Shown: one piece after another, positions 30,291 through 41,689 of the stretch
Numbering within the stretch: the stretch's first letter is position 1
How the letters are laid out: each line of letters opens with the position of its first letter
DNA from: Sulfurospirillum sp.
GTDB taxonomy: Bacteria > Campylobacterota > Campylobacteria > Campylobacterales > Sulfurospirillaceae
Assembly: GCA_016735235.1 (NCBI GenBank)
Contig: JAERRW010000079.1
Span: 1 to 61,015, forward strand
Reading direction: 5' to 3'
DNA length: 61,015 nt
Notes under the pieces: model-generated
The model's input: only the letters and a program-made list of their open reading frames with translations
The model's database searches: none
What the model was told of the DNA's origin: nothing
Program-made: the position numbers and the translations under genes

Positions 30291-32855
30291 ATGCTAGGTA
30301 TAATAAAAAAGATTTTTGGAACACAAAATGAAAGAGTAATCAAACAATATATAGGTAAAGTAAACCAGATAAATGCTCTTGAAGGTATTTATGAGAAGAT
30401 GAGCGATGATGAGTTGAAATCTACATTTAATGATTTTAAAAAAGAGATTCGCAATAAAACAAAATCGACAGACAACATACTTAATGATGTATTTGCTATA
30501 GTAAGAGAAACGGGCAAGAGAACAACAAATATGAGAATTTTTGATGTTCAAATGATAGGCGGTATTGTTTTAAACCAAGGCGATATTGCTGAGATGAAAA
30601 CGGGTGAAGGTAAAACATTAGTTGCAACACTTCCAGCTGTATTAAATGCTATGAGTGGAGATGGTGTACATGTTGTAACAGTTAATGATTATCTAGCTCA
30701 TCGTGATGCAACTGACATGTCTGTTATATATAATTTTTTAGGTCTTAGTGTGGGAGTCATAGCTGCTAATACAGAAGAAGAGAGAAAAGCACAATATAAT
30801 TGTGATATAACTTATGGAACAAATAATGAGTATGGTTTTGATTATCTTCGTGATAACATGCGCTACTCTTTAAGTGAAAAGATACAAAGAAATCATAATT
30901 TTGTTATAGTTGATGAAGTCGATTCAATTTTAATTGATGAAGCAAGAACACCTCTTATAATCTCAGGACCTACCGACCGAACTCTCGATGGCTACAAAAG
31001 AGCTGATAATGTTGCTCAAAAACTACAAAAAGATATAGATTTTAAACTTGATGAAAAAAATAGAACAATATCATTAAGTGAAGAGGGAAATGTAAAAGCA
31101 GAAAAACTTTTTGAAGTCGATAATTTATATAGTATAGAGAACGCAATTCTTTCACATCACCTTGATCAAGCTTTAAAAGCGCGATATCTTTTTGAAATTG
31201 ATGTTGATTATGTTGTAAAAGATGGAGACATAATTATAGTCGATGAGTTCACAGGTCGTCTTAGTGAAGGAAGAAGATTTAGTGAAGGTCTTCATCAAGC
31301 ACTTGAAGCAAAAGAGAGAGTTAAGATCAAAGAAGAGTCTCAAACTCTTGCAGATATAACTTTTCAAAATTACTTTAGGCAGTATAAAAAATTAGCAGGT
31401 ATGACTGGAACCGCACAAACCGAAGCGACCGAGTTTGCTCAAATATATTCTCTTGATGTTCTCTCTATTCCTACAAACTTACCTATGATAAGAGAAGATA
31501 AAAATGACCTTATATATAAAACAGAAAAAGAGAAATTTGAAGCTGTAATTGTAGATATAAAAAAGCGTCATAAAAAAGGACAACCAGTTCTTGTTGGTAC
31601 GGCTTCTATTGAAAAAAGTGAACTTCTACATTCTCTTTTAAAGAGTTCAAAAATTCCACATTCAGTTTTAAATGCAAAAAACCATGAAAAAGAGGCACAA
31701 ATAGTAAAAAATGCTGGCAAAAAAGGCGCTATAACAATAGCTACAAATATGGCTGGTCGTGGTGTTGATATTAAATTAAGCGATGAGATAAAAGCACTTG
31801 GAGGACTCTATATTATTTCAACAGAGCGTCATGAGAGTCGTAGAATTGATAATCAACTCCGTGGACGCTCTGGTCGTCAAGGAGATCCAGGCGAGAGTAG
31901 ATTTTTTTTAAGTCTTGAAGATAATTTACTTCGTATTTTTGGTGGCGACAAGATAGGTTCTATTATGAATCGGCTTGGCATAGATGAGGGTGAGCATATA
32001 GAATCACGCATGGTAACACGCGCAGTTGAGAATGCACAAAAAAAAGTAGAACAGATGCATTTTGAATCAAGAAAACATCTTTTAGAGTATGATGATATTG
32101 CAAATAAACAGAGACTTACCATATACAATTTTAGAAATAATCTTTTAGATGTAAAATATGATATAGATACAAAATTAGATCAGATGAGAAAAGATTATGT
32201 TAAAAATGTTCTTTTTCGTGCAGAAATCTATGAAAGTAGCGTAAAAGAAGAGATGAATTTAGACAGTTTAATCTCATTTTTAACCGCAGAAATGCAAAAA
32301 GATTTTACTGAAGATATTTTAAATAAATTAGATTTCAATGAATTAGCTTTACATGTAGAGAAGACATTAAGAGATGATTTTAATAAAAAAATGTCTGTTG
32401 TTGGCGATGAGCAACGCCGTGAAATTGAGAGAATACTATATCTTCAAGTACTCGATAAATCATGGAGAGACCATTTGTACCAGATGGATATATTAAAAAC
32501 TGGTATAGGACTTCGTGGATACAATCAAAAAGACCCACTAACAGAGTATAAAAAAGAGAGTTACAGTCTTTTTATGGAGCTTGTAGAGCAGATTAAATTT
32601 GAAAGTATAAAAACTCTTCAATTGGTTCAATTAAAAGATGAAAAACAAGAAGAAGAAAATAAAAAAATGAGTGAGATGATAGCTCGCATGGAAGCCGATA
32701 GTTCTGAGGGTATAAAGATGGAACATGCAAGCATAACTAATGAACAAATAGTAGAAAAAAAAACCCCTAGAAATAACCCTTGTCCCTGTGGAAGTGGTAA
32801 AAAATATAAACAGTGTTGCGGTAAAAGTGGACCTAAAAAAGGTATTCTTGTTTAG
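30291..32855 (+). CDS. secA: Preprotein translocase SecA
   Basis: [36 protein letters not shown]. Confidence 0.99.
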   Translation: MLGIIKKIFGTQNERVIKQYIGKVNQINALEGIYEKMSDDELKSTFNDFKKEIRNKTKSTDNILNDVFAIVRETGKRTTNMRIFDVQMIGGIVLNQGDIAEMKTGEGKTLVATLPAVLNAMSGDGVHVVTVNDYLAHRDATDMSVIYNFLGLSVGVIAANTEEERKAQYNCDITYGTNNEYGFDYLRDNMRYSLSEKIQRNHNFVIVDEVDSILIDEARTPLIISGPTDRTLDGYKRADNVAQKLQKDIDFKLDEKNRTISLSEEGNVKAEKLFEVDNLYSIENAILSHHLDQALKARYLFEIDVDYVVKDGDIIIVDEFTGRLSEGRRFSEGLHQALEAKERVKIKEESQTLADITFQNYFRQYKKLAGMTGTAQTEATEFAQIYSLDVLSIPTNLPMIREDKNDLIYKTEKEKFEAVIVDIKKRHKKGQPVLVGTASIEKSELLHSLLKSSKIPHSVLNAKNHEKEAQIVKNAGKKGAITIATNMAGRGVDIKLSDEIKALGGLYIISTERHESRRIDNQLRGRSGRQGDPGESRFFLSLEDNLLRIFGGDKIGSIMNRLGIDEGEHIESRMVTRAVENAQKKVEQMHFESRKHLLEYDDIANKQRLTIYNFRNNLLDVKYDIDTKLDQMRKDYVKNVLFRAEIYESSVKEEMNLDSLISFLTAEMQKDFTEDILNKLDFNELALHVEKTLRDDFNKKMSVVGDEQRREIERILYLQVLDKSWRDHLYQMDILKTGIGLRGYNQKDPLTEYKKESYSLFMELVEQIKFESIKTLQLVQLKDEKQEEENKKMSEMIARMEADSSEGIKMEHASITNEQIVEKKTPRNNPCPCGSGKKYKQCCGKSGPKKGILV

Positions 32856-34051
32856 TGTGTATCAGTAATTATTTAGTAAAAAAATATCTTAGATTTGATA
32901 AATCTCAACCCTTTATAACAATTAGTGCATTTTTAGCCTTTTTTGGAGTTGCAATTGGATTAATGGTTCTTATGGTAGCTATGTCTATCATGAATGGCTT
33001 TGATAAAGAGTTTGAGAGAAAACTTTTTACTATGAATTATCCTCTTACAATTCACTCTACTAGTTTGGAGTTTATAGATGATAATGATGTCAAAATACTC
33101 ACACAAAAATTTCCAACATTAAAGTTTAGTCCATATATATCATCACAAGTTATTACTAAAAAAGGTAGTAAACTAGAAGGTGGCATGCTTTTTGGTGTAG
33201 ATTTTGAAAAAGAAAAAGAGATAAATAGTGTACTAAAAGAGGGCATAGGCGAGGCAAAATTAGGAAAATTTGATTTAGTCATTGGTAAACAGATAAAAGA
33301 TAACTATAACATAGAACAAGATGAAAAACTTACTATAGTTTTTACTCAAAGCAATCCTAGTGGGCTCACTTTGATTCCTAAAATGAAAAGATTTACATAT
33401 AAAGCGGATTTTGAATCAGGACTTGTGGCTTATGATGCACTCTACATGTACACAACAATAGAGAGTCTTTCAACAATACTTAGCTACAAAAAAAACACTT
33501 ATGACGGCATTCATATATATAGCGATAAACCTTTTAAAGATATAGAAAATATAAAAAAAATACTCCCAAATCATCTTAAAATAGTAGGTTGGTGGCAGAT
33601 GAATGGTAATTTTTTCTCAGCTCTTGCTCTTGAAAAACGAGCTCTTTTTATAGTTTTAATGCTTATAATTCTTGTAGCATCTCTAAACATTATAAGCTCC
33701 CTTTTGATGACAGTTATGAATAGAAGAAAAGAGATAGCACTTCTTTTATCTCTTGGTGCTTATAAAGATGAAATCAAAAAAACATTTTTCTATCTTGGAA
33801 TTATAATTGGAGGCGGAGGCATGATTTTTGGTATAGCTCTTGGATTTTTATCTCTCTATCTTTTGGGTTCATTTGATTTAATTGATCTGCCATCAGATGT
33901 GTATGGTTCTTCAAAACTACCATTAGAGTTATCTCTAGTCGATTTTAGCATGATAGTAATTGGTGCAGCTATTATTGTAGCTTTATCTTCTTTTTATCCA
34001 GCACATAAAGCTACTCAAATCAATGTTTTAGATACTCTAAGAAATGAGTAG
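32855..34051 (+). CDS. Lipoprotein-releasing ABC permease (LolC/E family)
   Basis: SIMNGF, RRKEIALLLSLG, YPAHKA...LRNE. Confidence 0.92.
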   Translation: MCISNYLVKKYLRFDKSQPFITISAFLAFFGVAIGLMVLMVAMSIMNGFDKEFERKLFTMNYPLTIHSTSLEFIDDNDVKILTQKFPTLKFSPYISSQVITKKGSKLEGGMLFGVDFEKEKEINSVLKEGIGEAKLGKFDLVIGKQIKDNYNIEQDEKLTIVFTQSNPSGLTLIPKMKRFTYKADFESGLVAYDALYMYTTIESLSTILSYKKNTYDGIHIYSDKPFKDIENIKKILPNHLKIVGWWQMNGNFFSALALEKRALFIVLMLIILVASLNIISSLLMTVMNRRKEIALLLSLGAYKDEIKKTFFYLGIIIGGGGMIFGIALGFLSLYLLGSFDLIDLPSDVYGSSKLPLELSLVDFSMIVIGAAIIVALSSFYPAHKATQINVLDTLRNE

Positions 34052-34057
34052 ATAAAA

Positions 34058-34330
34058 ATGAAAAGATCAATTGAATTACAATTTGAGTATAAAAATATTG
34101 ATAACTGCATAAATAAAATTGTGTTTTTTGAAGAAGAGGGAAATTTGGTATTCGATACAGAATCTAAAAACCAGATGGAAATTATGATGAATGAAATTTG
34201 TGATAAACTCAAACTTGAGAGTGATTATTTAATAAAAAAACTTGAATTTATGTTAAAATACGAATTACCATTTTTTGCAACAAATAGGCGATTAGCAAGA
34301 AATTGGATGTTAGATAATTTTATATTTTAG
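34058..34330 (+). CDS. Hypothetical protein
   Basis: 90-aa ORF in operon position. Confidence 0.55.
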   Translation: MKRSIELQFEYKNIDNCINKIVFFEEEGNLVFDTESKNQMEIMMNEICDKLKLESDYLIKKLEFMLKYELPFFATNRRLARNWMLDNFIF

Positions 34331-34338
34331 TGGGGAAA

Positions 34339-34854
34339 ATGAAAAAAATATACTTAATGCGTCATGCAAAATCTAGCTGGAGTGAAGAGGGCATAAGTGA
34401 TTTTGATAGACCTTTAAACAAAAGAGGAGAGAGAGATCTTTCTTTTATGGCAAATAGGCTTAAAACATTTAATGTAAAACCAAATCTCATAGTATCAAGT
34501 CCAGCAAAAAGAACACAAAAAACAACTAAAACAGTTGCCGCCACAATAAGCTACAATATAGACAATATCATCTATAATAAATCTCTTTATAATAGTTCAT
34601 ATGATGCTTATAGAGATCTTCTAAATTCATTAGACAATAAATTTAATTCACTTTTTATAGTGGCACACAATCCAACTTTAACACAAATAGCAGAGAGACT
34701 AAGTGGACAAATTCTTATTAATATGCCCACATGTTCTATAGCATGTATAGAGTTTGATATTAAAAATTTTAAACAGATAAAAGATAAAAGCGGTAAACTT
34801 CTATTTTTTGATTATCCTAAAAAACATGATTTGAGCAATAGTTATTGCTTGTGA
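34339..34854 (+). CDS. SixA-like histidine phosphatase
   Basis: MRHAKS, SSPAKRT, VAHNP. Confidence 0.88.
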   Translation: MKKIYLMRHAKSSWSEEGISDFDRPLNKRGERDLSFMANRLKTFNVKPNLIVSSPAKRTQKTTKTVAATISYNIDNIIYNKSLYNSSYDAYRDLLNSLDNKFNSLFIVAHNPTLTQIAERLSGQILINMPTCSIACIEFDIKNFKQIKDKSGKLLFFDYPKKHDLSNSYCL

Positions 34855-34954
34855 AACAATGAAAACCAAATAGCAATATAGGGATTTTATGTATTTTTTA
34901 AGTAAAATTAAGGTAATATTTATATCTTAAATAAATTTGATATAAGGATATTTG

Positions 34955-35089
34955 GTGAAGAGAACATATCAGCCCCATAGTACTCCAAGAAAGCGTACTC
35001 ATGGTTTTAGAACTAGAATGAAGACTAAAAATGGTCGCAGAGTTATATCTGCACGTCGAGCAAAAGGTAGAAAGAGATTAGGTTTATAA
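34955..35089 (+). CDS. rpmH: 50S ribosomal protein L34
   Basis: GTG start; [43 protein letters not shown]; not in the ORF track. Confidence 0.97.
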   Translation: MKRTYQPHSTPRKRTHGFRTRMKTKNGRRVISARRAKGRKRLGL

Positions 35090-35415
35090 ATAGTTTTGAA
35101 AAACTGACACTAAAGAGTCAATTTTCAAATATTTATCAATATGGTAAAAGGTGGCATTGCGATGGTATTGTTGTTTTTTATAAACAAAGCTTAGAAAACA
35201 AAGTTGGTTTTGTAGCTAGCAAAAAGATTGGTAATGCTGTTCAACGAGTAAGAGCTAAACGAAGAATGCGAGCAATATTTTTTAAAAATCAAAATATTTT
35301 AAAAGATGGTATTTATCTATGTGTAGCAAAAAATAAAATAAGTGAAACCTCTTATGATGAGTTGTCAAGAGGTTTTAATTGGTCCCTAAAGAGGTTAAAA
35401 TGCCTAACATTTTAA
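35086..35415 (+). CDS. rnpA: Ribonuclease P protein component (apparent ATA start)
   Basis: Hand translation: ...GKRWHCDG...[24 protein letters not shown]...; lies between rpmH and yidD. Confidence 0.92.
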   Translation: MNSFEKLTLKSQFSNIYQYGKRWHCDGIVVFYKQSLENKVGFVASKKIGNAVQRVRAKRRMRAIFFKNQNILKDGIYLCVAKNKISETSYDELSRGFNWSLKRLKCLTF

Positions 35416-35738
35416 AATATATAACACTTTCAATTCTTAAAGTGTATCAAAAAGTTTTTACACTGTTTAGCTATGGGAGCTGCAGATACTATCCTACATG
35501 TTCTGAATATGCAAAATGGCAGATTCTTTATAATGGTTTTATAAAGGCTTGTTTTTATAGTTTATTAAGAATTTTAAGATGTAATCAGCTATTTTCTGGT
35601 GGAATTGACTATCCTGTCGTAACTAAAAAATTTCAAAACTTTTTTTTGACTGCTCCTGCTTATAATTCTCCAGATATTAAATTTTGGTTTGTGCCAAAAA
35701 ATATTAAAAGTTTTTATGTTGTAAAGGCTTTTAAATAA
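35400..35738 (+). CDS. yidD: Membrane protein insertion efficiency factor
   Basis: CRYYPTCSEY...RILRCN..GGIDYP. Confidence 0.92.
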   Translation: MPNILKYITLSILKVYQKVFTLFSYGSCRYYPTCSEYAKWQILYNGFIKACFYSLLRILRCNQLFSGGIDYPVVTKKFQNFFLTAPAYNSPDIKFWFVPKNIKSFYVVKAFK

Positions 35739-35760
35739 CATTATTCTCAAAAGGAACATC

Positions 35761-37347
35761 GTGATAGATAATTTAAGTAATCAAAGTAGAATAATTATTG
35801 CAACTATTTTGTCATTTTTATTCTTTGCATTATATAACCATTTTTTTGGTCCAGAACAAGAAGTTGCTACAGAACAATCGATACAGGTAAAAAAGAGTGA
35901 ATCTTTAATTGAGCCTTCATCTGTATCAGCAATATCTGACAAAATACCAGCCCAAACATCACAAAAAAAAGAAGAGATAATAGCAACGGTACATGCAGAA
36001 AAATATGAGATCAAAATAGATAAATTGGGTAGAATAAGTAAATTTTATTTAAATGAAAATAAGTATAGAGATGAGAATGAAGAGAGAATACAGTTAGTAG
36101 ATGACAAACTTGGACCTTTTGCTCTTGAGATTCGTTTTTCAGATGAAGCTTTAAATACAGAAGCATTTACTACTTCTTATGTAGCAAGCTCTAGTAGTGT
36201 AAAAGTGAAAAGAGATGGAACTAAAATTACTCTTTCGCAATCTTTAAATGGCTTACATGTAGAGAAAATACTTACTTTTTATCCAGATGGAAATTATGAT
36301 TTAAATGTAAAATTAGATAACCATAAAGAGTATTTTATAACACCCGGTTTTAGACCTAATATAGCTGTAGACATGTATACATTTCATGGCTCTCTCATAA
36401 AAGAAGCCGACGATACATTGAGAGTTATAGATGATGGAGATGCTGATGGAGAAAAAGGATCTTTAGCAGCTCAATTTGCTGCATCGACAGATAGATACTA
36501 TACAACTATGTTCTATAATTTAGATAGGGGAATAGATGTAGTAATAAGCCCAATTCATGAAGACTCACCACTACTTTTTATAAGAGGCAAAAATGATTTA
36601 AAACTTAGTGGTTATATTGGACCAAAAGACCATAAAACACTTACCGCAATAGATGAAAGACTTACAGATGTTATAGAGTATGGATTTTTTACTTTTATAG
36701 CTAGACCACTTTTTAGTTTACTTCAATTCTTGCACTCTTTGATAGGCAACTGGGGTTGGTCGATAGTCTTAATGACGATACTTATTCGTTTAGTGCTATT
36801 TCCTTTGACATACAAAGGCATGATTTCTATGAATAAGTTAAAAGAGTTAAGCCCAAAAATAAAAGAACTTCAAGCAAAATATAAAGATGATAAACAAAAA
36901 TTAAATACTCAAATGATGGAACTCTACAAAAAAAATGGAGCGAATCCCATGGGTGGTTGCCTTCCTATGCTTCTTCAAATTCCTGTTTTTTTTGCAATAT
37001 ATAGAGTTTTACAAAATGCAATTGAACTTAAAGGTGCAGAGTGGATTTTATGGGTAGAAGATTTGGCAGTCATGGATCCATATTATATTCTTCCTATTGC
37101 TATGGGTATTACAATGTTTTTACATCAAAAAATTACACCAACAAACTTTACTGATCCTATGCAGGAAAAAATTATGAAGTTTTTACCACTCATATTTACA
37201 TTTTTCTTTGTAACATTCCCAGCGGGACTTACACTTTATTGGTTTGTTAATAATCTTTTCTCTATAGCACAACAATACTATGTAAACTCACTTTTTGCAA
37301 AAAACAAAAACACAGAGGTAGTAACTGAAAAAAAGGCTAAAAAATGA
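35761..37347 (+). CDS. yidC: Membrane protein insertase
   Basis: GNWGWSI, NPMGGCLP, LYWFVNN. Confidence 0.97.
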   Translation: MIDNLSNQSRIIIATILSFLFFALYNHFFGPEQEVATEQSIQVKKSESLIEPSSVSAISDKIPAQTSQKKEEIIATVHAEKYEIKIDKLGRISKFYLNENKYRDENEERIQLVDDKLGPFALEIRFSDEALNTEAFTTSYVASSSSVKVKRDGTKITLSQSLNGLHVEKILTFYPDGNYDLNVKLDNHKEYFITPGFRPNIAVDMYTFHGSLIKEADDTLRVIDDGDADGEKGSLAAQFAASTDRYYTTMFYNLDRGIDVVISPIHEDSPLLFIRGKNDLKLSGYIGPKDHKTLTAIDERLTDVIEYGFFTFIARPLFSLLQFLHSLIGNWGWSIVLMTILIRLVLFPLTYKGMISMNKLKELSPKIKELQAKYKDDKQKLNTQMMELYKKNGANPMGGCLPMLLQIPVFFAIYRVLQNAIELKGAEWILWVEDLAVMDPYYILPIAMGITMFLHQKITPTNFTDPMQEKIMKFLPLIFTFFFVTFPAGLTLYWFVNNLFSIAQQYYVNSLFAKNKNTEVVTEKKAKK

Positions 37348-38135
37348 TTCGCATAGAAGCCGATACACTAGAAGAAGCTTATTCAAAAGCAGCAAGCGAA
37401 CTTACTTGTTCTGTTACACAAATAACCTTTAATGTAATCCAAAATCCAAAATCTGGTTTTTTAGGAATGTTTAAAAAAAGTGCAATAATAGAAGCAAGAC
37501 ATAAAAATGAGTCAAATTTAAAATCTCAATATGATAGTAAGAGTAGATCAAAAAAGAAAAAAATAAAGATAAATAAAAAATCTAACCAACTAGTCAATGA
37601 AGAAAAAAAATTTCAAAAACCTGTATCTAAAAAAATTATTAAAAAAGAGAACACAAAACAAACAATAGCAATGCAAACTGCATTAATAGAGATACAAAAC
37701 GATATAAATACACTTTTTATTCATAGCTGTTTTGAGCTAGATAAAATAAAAGTTAAAGAGTATAGAGAAGATACTGTTTTAATAGAATTTGATGGTAAAG
37801 ATGCCGCTCTTCTTATAGGCAAAGAGGGCTATAGATATAAATCACTCTCATATTTATTGTATCACTGGATAAATATGAAATATAATTTAAATGTACGCTT
37901 AGAGGTAGCGGAGTTTTTACAAAATCAAGAAGAGATGATAGAGAGATATCTAGTAGGTATTATAGAACGCATAAATAGCATAGGTCGTGCTAAAACTAAA
38001 ATACTAGATGGTGTTTTAGTTAAAATTGCTCTTGAAGCTTTAAGAAAAGAGTTTCCTAACAAGTATGTTGGCATAAAATCTAGTCGTGAAGGCGGAAGGT
38101 TTATTGTAGTAAACGATTTTAATAAAAAGAAATAA
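37344..38135 (+). CDS. Jag/EloR (KhpB) RNA-binding protein
   Basis: Jag N-terminal domain (KSGFLG), KH-like LLIGKEG; lies between yidC and mnmE. Confidence 0.88.
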   Translation: MIRIEADTLEEAYSKAASELTCSVTQITFNVIQNPKSGFLGMFKKSAIIEARHKNESNLKSQYDSKSRSKKKKIKINKKSNQLVNEEKKFQKPVSKKIIKKENTKQTIAMQTALIEIQNDINTLFIHSCFELDKIKVKEYREDTVLIEFDGKDAALLIGKEGYRYKSLSYLLYHWINMKYNLNVRLEVAEFLQNQEEMIERYLVGIIERINSIGRAKTKILDGVLVKIALEALRKEFPNKYVGIKSSREGGRFIVVNDFNKKK

Positions 38136-39469
38136 TGGATACAATTGTAGCTATTGCAACAAGTCATGGAGTAAGTTCGGTTGCAATTGTCCGCTTAAGT
38201 GGGTCTGATTCACTTAACATAGCAAAAAAACTATCAAAAAAAAATAACTTTATTCCAAGACATGTAACATTAACTTCTCTTTTTGATGAAAGTGATAATT
38301 TAATAGATGAATCATTGGTTATATATTTTAAATCACCTCACTCTTTTACTGCCGAAGATATTATAGAGTTTCAATGTCATGGAGGCATAGTAATTGCTGA
38401 TATGATAATGAATGAAGTTCTAAAACTTGGAGCAAGACTAGCCCAACCCGGCGAATTTTTAAAAAGAGCATTTCTTAATGGACGCATAGATTTAAGCGAA
38501 GTAGAAGCAATAGCAAAACTTATAGAGACAAAAAGCATAGATGCAGTAAAAATACTAACTCGCCAAATGAAAGGTGAAGTAAAAAGATTTGTTAATAATA
38601 CTCGTGAAAATTTAGTAGAACTTTTAGCTTTTGTAGAGGTTAATATTGATTATGCAGAAGAGGATCTTCCTAGAGATTTAATGATTATGATGAAAAATAG
38701 ACTTGATAATTTAAGAGAAGAACTTAAAAAAATTTACGATAATTCAAAGAGAAAAGAGGGGCTTATAGAGGGTTTTAAAGTTGTTATAATTGGAAAGCCA
38801 AATGTAGGTAAAAGCTCACTTCTTAACTCACTTCTTAGTTGCGAACGAGCTATTACAAGCCATATTGCGGGAACCACAAGAGATACAATAGAAGAAGAGA
38901 TGCGAATAGGTACTCATCTTATTAAGATAGTCGATACAGCGGGCGTACATGAGACTAGCAATATTATTGAAAATATTGGTATAGAACGCACTAAAAAAGC
39001 AATAGATGAATCTGATATAATCATAGCTATGTTTGATAACTCAAGAGAGTTTGATAGTGAAGATTTAAAGATAATTGACATGTTGAACTCTTATAATCAA
39101 AAAGATATTTTACATGTAATAAACAAGTGTGATTTGAATACAAAACTAGATTCCAGTACTCTACATGTTGATACAATAAAAATAAATTGCTTTGACCAAG
39201 TTGATAGTATTATCTTAAAGATAAAAAAAATACTTAATCAAAATTCACTAGACGATACTTTATTGCTATGTTCAAAACGGCAACTAGAAATTGTAAAAAA
39301 TACTTACAAAAGTATAGAAGAGAGTGTAAATTTACTAAATGAGGGAGAGTTAGAACTTTTTGCATTTCAACTTAATGAAGCTATTTTAAGCATATCTACA
39401 ATTTCAAGAAACTTCGATAGAGTAGAGATACTCGATTCGATGTTTGGAAACTTTTGCTTAGGTAAATAG
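38135..39469 (+). CDS. mnmE: tRNA modification GTPase
   Basis: GKPNVGKS, GTTRD, DTAG, NKCD, FCLGK. Confidence 0.98.
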   Translation: MDTIVAIATSHGVSSVAIVRLSGSDSLNIAKKLSKKNNFIPRHVTLTSLFDESDNLIDESLVIYFKSPHSFTAEDIIEFQCHGGIVIADMIMNEVLKLGARLAQPGEFLKRAFLNGRIDLSEVEAIAKLIETKSIDAVKILTRQMKGEVKRFVNNTRENLVELLAFVEVNIDYAEEDLPRDLMIMMKNRLDNLREELKKIYDNSKRKEGLIEGFKVVIIGKPNVGKSSLLNSLLSCERAITSHIAGTTRDTIEEEMRIGTHLIKIVDTAGVHETSNIIENIGIERTKKAIDESDIIIAMFDNSREFDSEDLKIIDMLNSYNQKDILHVINKCDLNTKLDSSTLHVDTIKINCFDQVDSIILKIKKILNQNSLDDTLLLCSKRQLEIVKNTYKSIEESVNLLNEGELELFAFQLNEAILSISTISRNFDRVEILDSMFGNFCLGK

Positions 39470-39491
39470 TTCTATTGCATGATAGGTTGAG

Positions 39492-40511
39492 TTAAATAAT
39501 CAACATGGCATCACCATATGAAAAAAATCTATATTTTTTTTCAATTGCAATTTTATAGATTTCTAATGTTTTTTCAATTCCAATAAATGATGCTACAAGC
39601 ATAAGAAGTGTTGATTTTGGTAAGTGAAAGTTAGTAAGAAGATGATCAACGCGCTTAGGCTTATTGTTTGGGTGCAAAAATAGATCACTTTTACCAATTT
39701 TGATACCACTTTTTGCATAACACTCTACGGTTCTTGCAACAGTTGTTCCTACTGCAAGAAGTGGTTTATTTGAGCTTATGACTTCACATGTAGACATAGG
39801 AATTTCATAAAATTCCGAATGCATAATATGATTTTTTATAAATTTTTCTTCAACTGGCTTAAAAGTTCCAGCCCCAATATGAAGTGTTAAAAAATGAGTT
39901 TTGTATCTCATTTGAAGTTTTTGAAACATCTCATCAGTAAAATGAAGTGAAGCCGTAGGAGCTGCAACCGCACCACGCTTTTTTGAAAAGACTGTTTGAT
40001 ACTCTGTCTCATCTTTTTTATTCTCTTTTCGTTTAATATATGGAGGTAGCGGTATATGACCTATGATTTCCAATATATTAAAAAGCTCCTCACTGCCTAT
40101 AATTTGGTTATTGTGATAAAAAGAGACAATGCGAGTTCCATCTTTTTGTAAAGAAATTATTTTAGCAGTCAATTCATTATTAAAAAAAAGTTCATTATTT
40201 ATTTTAATTCGACCTTTTATATAGACTGAAAATTCTCTATTTTGAAGTGGTGAGTTTAGTAGCAATTCAATTTTTCCACCACTTTTTTTATGACCAAAGA
40301 TTCTAGCTTTTACTACTTTTGTGTCATTAAGTATTATGTTTGTGTTACTATTTAAAAACTCAAAAAGCTTGTTAAAAGTTGTATGCGTTATAGTGCCTTG
40401 CTCTCTTTTAAAGACTAATAGTTTTGCATTATCTCGTGGTATGGACGGAGACTCTGCTATAAGATGTTTTGGTAGTTTGTAGCTATAACTAGATTTTAGA
40501 AGAGGGTCTAT
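39492..40511 (-). CDS. queA: SAM:tRNA ribosyltransferase-isomerase (apparent ATA start; extends 82 codons beyond the ORF track)
   Basis: In-frame N-terminus DPLLKSSYSYKLPKHLIA...NDTKVVKARIFG; AAPTASLHF, TNFHLPKS, YRFFSYGD. Confidence 0.95.
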   Translation of the reverse strand: MDPLLKSSYSYKLPKHLIAESPSIPRDNAKLLVFKREQGTITHTTFNKLFEFLNSNTNIILNDTKVVKARIFGHKKSGGKIELLLNSPLQNREFSVYIKGRIKINNELFFNNELTAKIISLQKDGTRIVSFYHNNQIIGSEELFNILEIIGHIPLPPYIKRKENKKDETEYQTVFSKKRGAVAAPTASLHFTDEMFQKLQMRYKTHFLTLHIGAGTFKPVEEKFIKNHIMHSEFYEIPMSTCEVISSNKPLLAVGTTVARTVECYAKSGIKIGKSDLFLHPNNKPKRVDHLLTNFHLPKSTLLMLVASFIGIEKTLEIYKIAIEKKYRFFSYGDAMLII

Positions 40512-41275
40512 TTTTCTTCCTTTTTTATTATCTCACTTTTTTTATCTTGACTATTATTTTTATCATTATCTTCTGGATTTACAATACGAGCTACTATTAT
40601 AGAGACGCCATAAAGTACAATAAGGGGACCAGCCATTAAAAATTGAGTAAGTAAATCTGGAGGAGTTAGAAGAGCAGCCACTAAAAAAATTATTATTATT
40701 GCATATCTAAAGAAATTAATTAAACTTTTATCAGTTACTAGCCCAAGTTTTGCAAAGAAAAATGTTATGACAGGAAGTTCAAATGCTAAACCAAAACCGA
40801 AAAGAAGTTTTGTAAAAAAACCAACATATTCACCAATACTTGGAAGTGCCTTAAATAGTTTAGCACCAAAATTAACAAGAAAGTCAAATCCAAGTGGTAT
40901 AACTACATAGTAACAAAATGCGGCACCCATAAGAAACATAAAAGTTGCTACTATAACAAAAGGAATAACTAATTTTTTCTCATTTTCATAAAGCCCAGGA
41001 GCCACAAACTTCCAAAATTGCCAAAATATAATTGGAAGTGTAATAATAAAAGCAGAAAAGAATGTAACTTTTAATGCTGTAAAAAATGGCTCTTGTAGTT
41101 TTGTAAATATAACTTCAGACCCACTTGGTAAAACATTTTCCAATGGCAGTATCATCCATGCCAGTATAGTTTCCCATATAAAAAATAGAGCAAAAAATGC
41201 AACAAATAAAACACCAAAAGAGATACCAAGGCGTTTTCTTAATTCAATTAGGTGAGGCTTTAACTCATCAAACAT
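40508..41275 (-). CDS. tatC: Tat translocase subunit TatC
   Basis: HLIELRKRL, PGLYENE, FELP, TPPD. Confidence 0.97.
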   Translation of the reverse strand: MFDELKPHLIELRKRLGISFGVLFVAFFALFFIWETILAWMILPLENVLPSGSEVIFTKLQEPFFTALKVTFFSAFIITLPIIFWQFWKFVAPGLYENEKKLVIPFVIVATFMFLMGAAFCYYVVIPLGFDFLVNFGAKLFKALPSIGEYVGFFTKLLFGFGLAFELPVITFFFAKLGLVTDKSLINFFRYAIIIIFLVAALLTPPDLLTQFLMAGPLIVLYGVSIIVARIVNPEDNDKNNSQDKKSEIIKKEEK

Positions 41276-41642
41276 TTTTATTCTTGTTTTTTGTAATGTT
41301 TATAGGGTTGTTTTTTATGTCGTCAATTTTGTTGATATTTTTAAAAGTATCAGCTATATCTTTAGTAGACTCTTTTATATCTTCTAGTTCATCAAAGGTA
41401 ATAGTTTTTTTTATATCACTTACTGAGGAGTCAAATTTCTTTTTATATTTAAGTGTATCTTCTTTTAGTTCTTGTATTTTTATCTCTTGTTCAAATGAGG
41501 ATTTTGCATCATTTATACTACTTTTAAATGTTTTAAAAAATTTAGCAATTTGTATCATGGCCGATGGTAGCTTATCTGGACCTAAAAAGAGTACTGCAAT
41601 AACTGCTATTATTGTAATCTCCACAAAACTAATTCCAAACAT
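41268..41642 (-). CDS. tatB: Tat translocase subunit TatB
   Basis: MFGISFVEI...LGPDKLP; AAGGA RBS. Confidence 0.93.
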   Translation of the reverse strand: MFGISFVEITIIAVIAVLFLGPDKLPSAMIQIAKFFKTFKSSINDAKSSFEQEIKIQELKEDTLKYKKKFDSSVSDIKKTITFDELEDIKESTKDIADTFKNINKIDDIKNNPINITKNKNKNV

Positions 41643-41689
41643 ACTTTTATCCTTTTCCATATAAGCCATAAATGTTATCTAATTTTTAC

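Noticed and set aside
34855-34954. oriC upstream of rpmH
   Set aside because: No dnaA next to it and no DnaA-box cluster seen in this short AT-rich gap.
39492-40265. queA as a truncated pseudogene
   Set aside because: The frame is open and conserved up to 40511; only the start codon is non-canonical.
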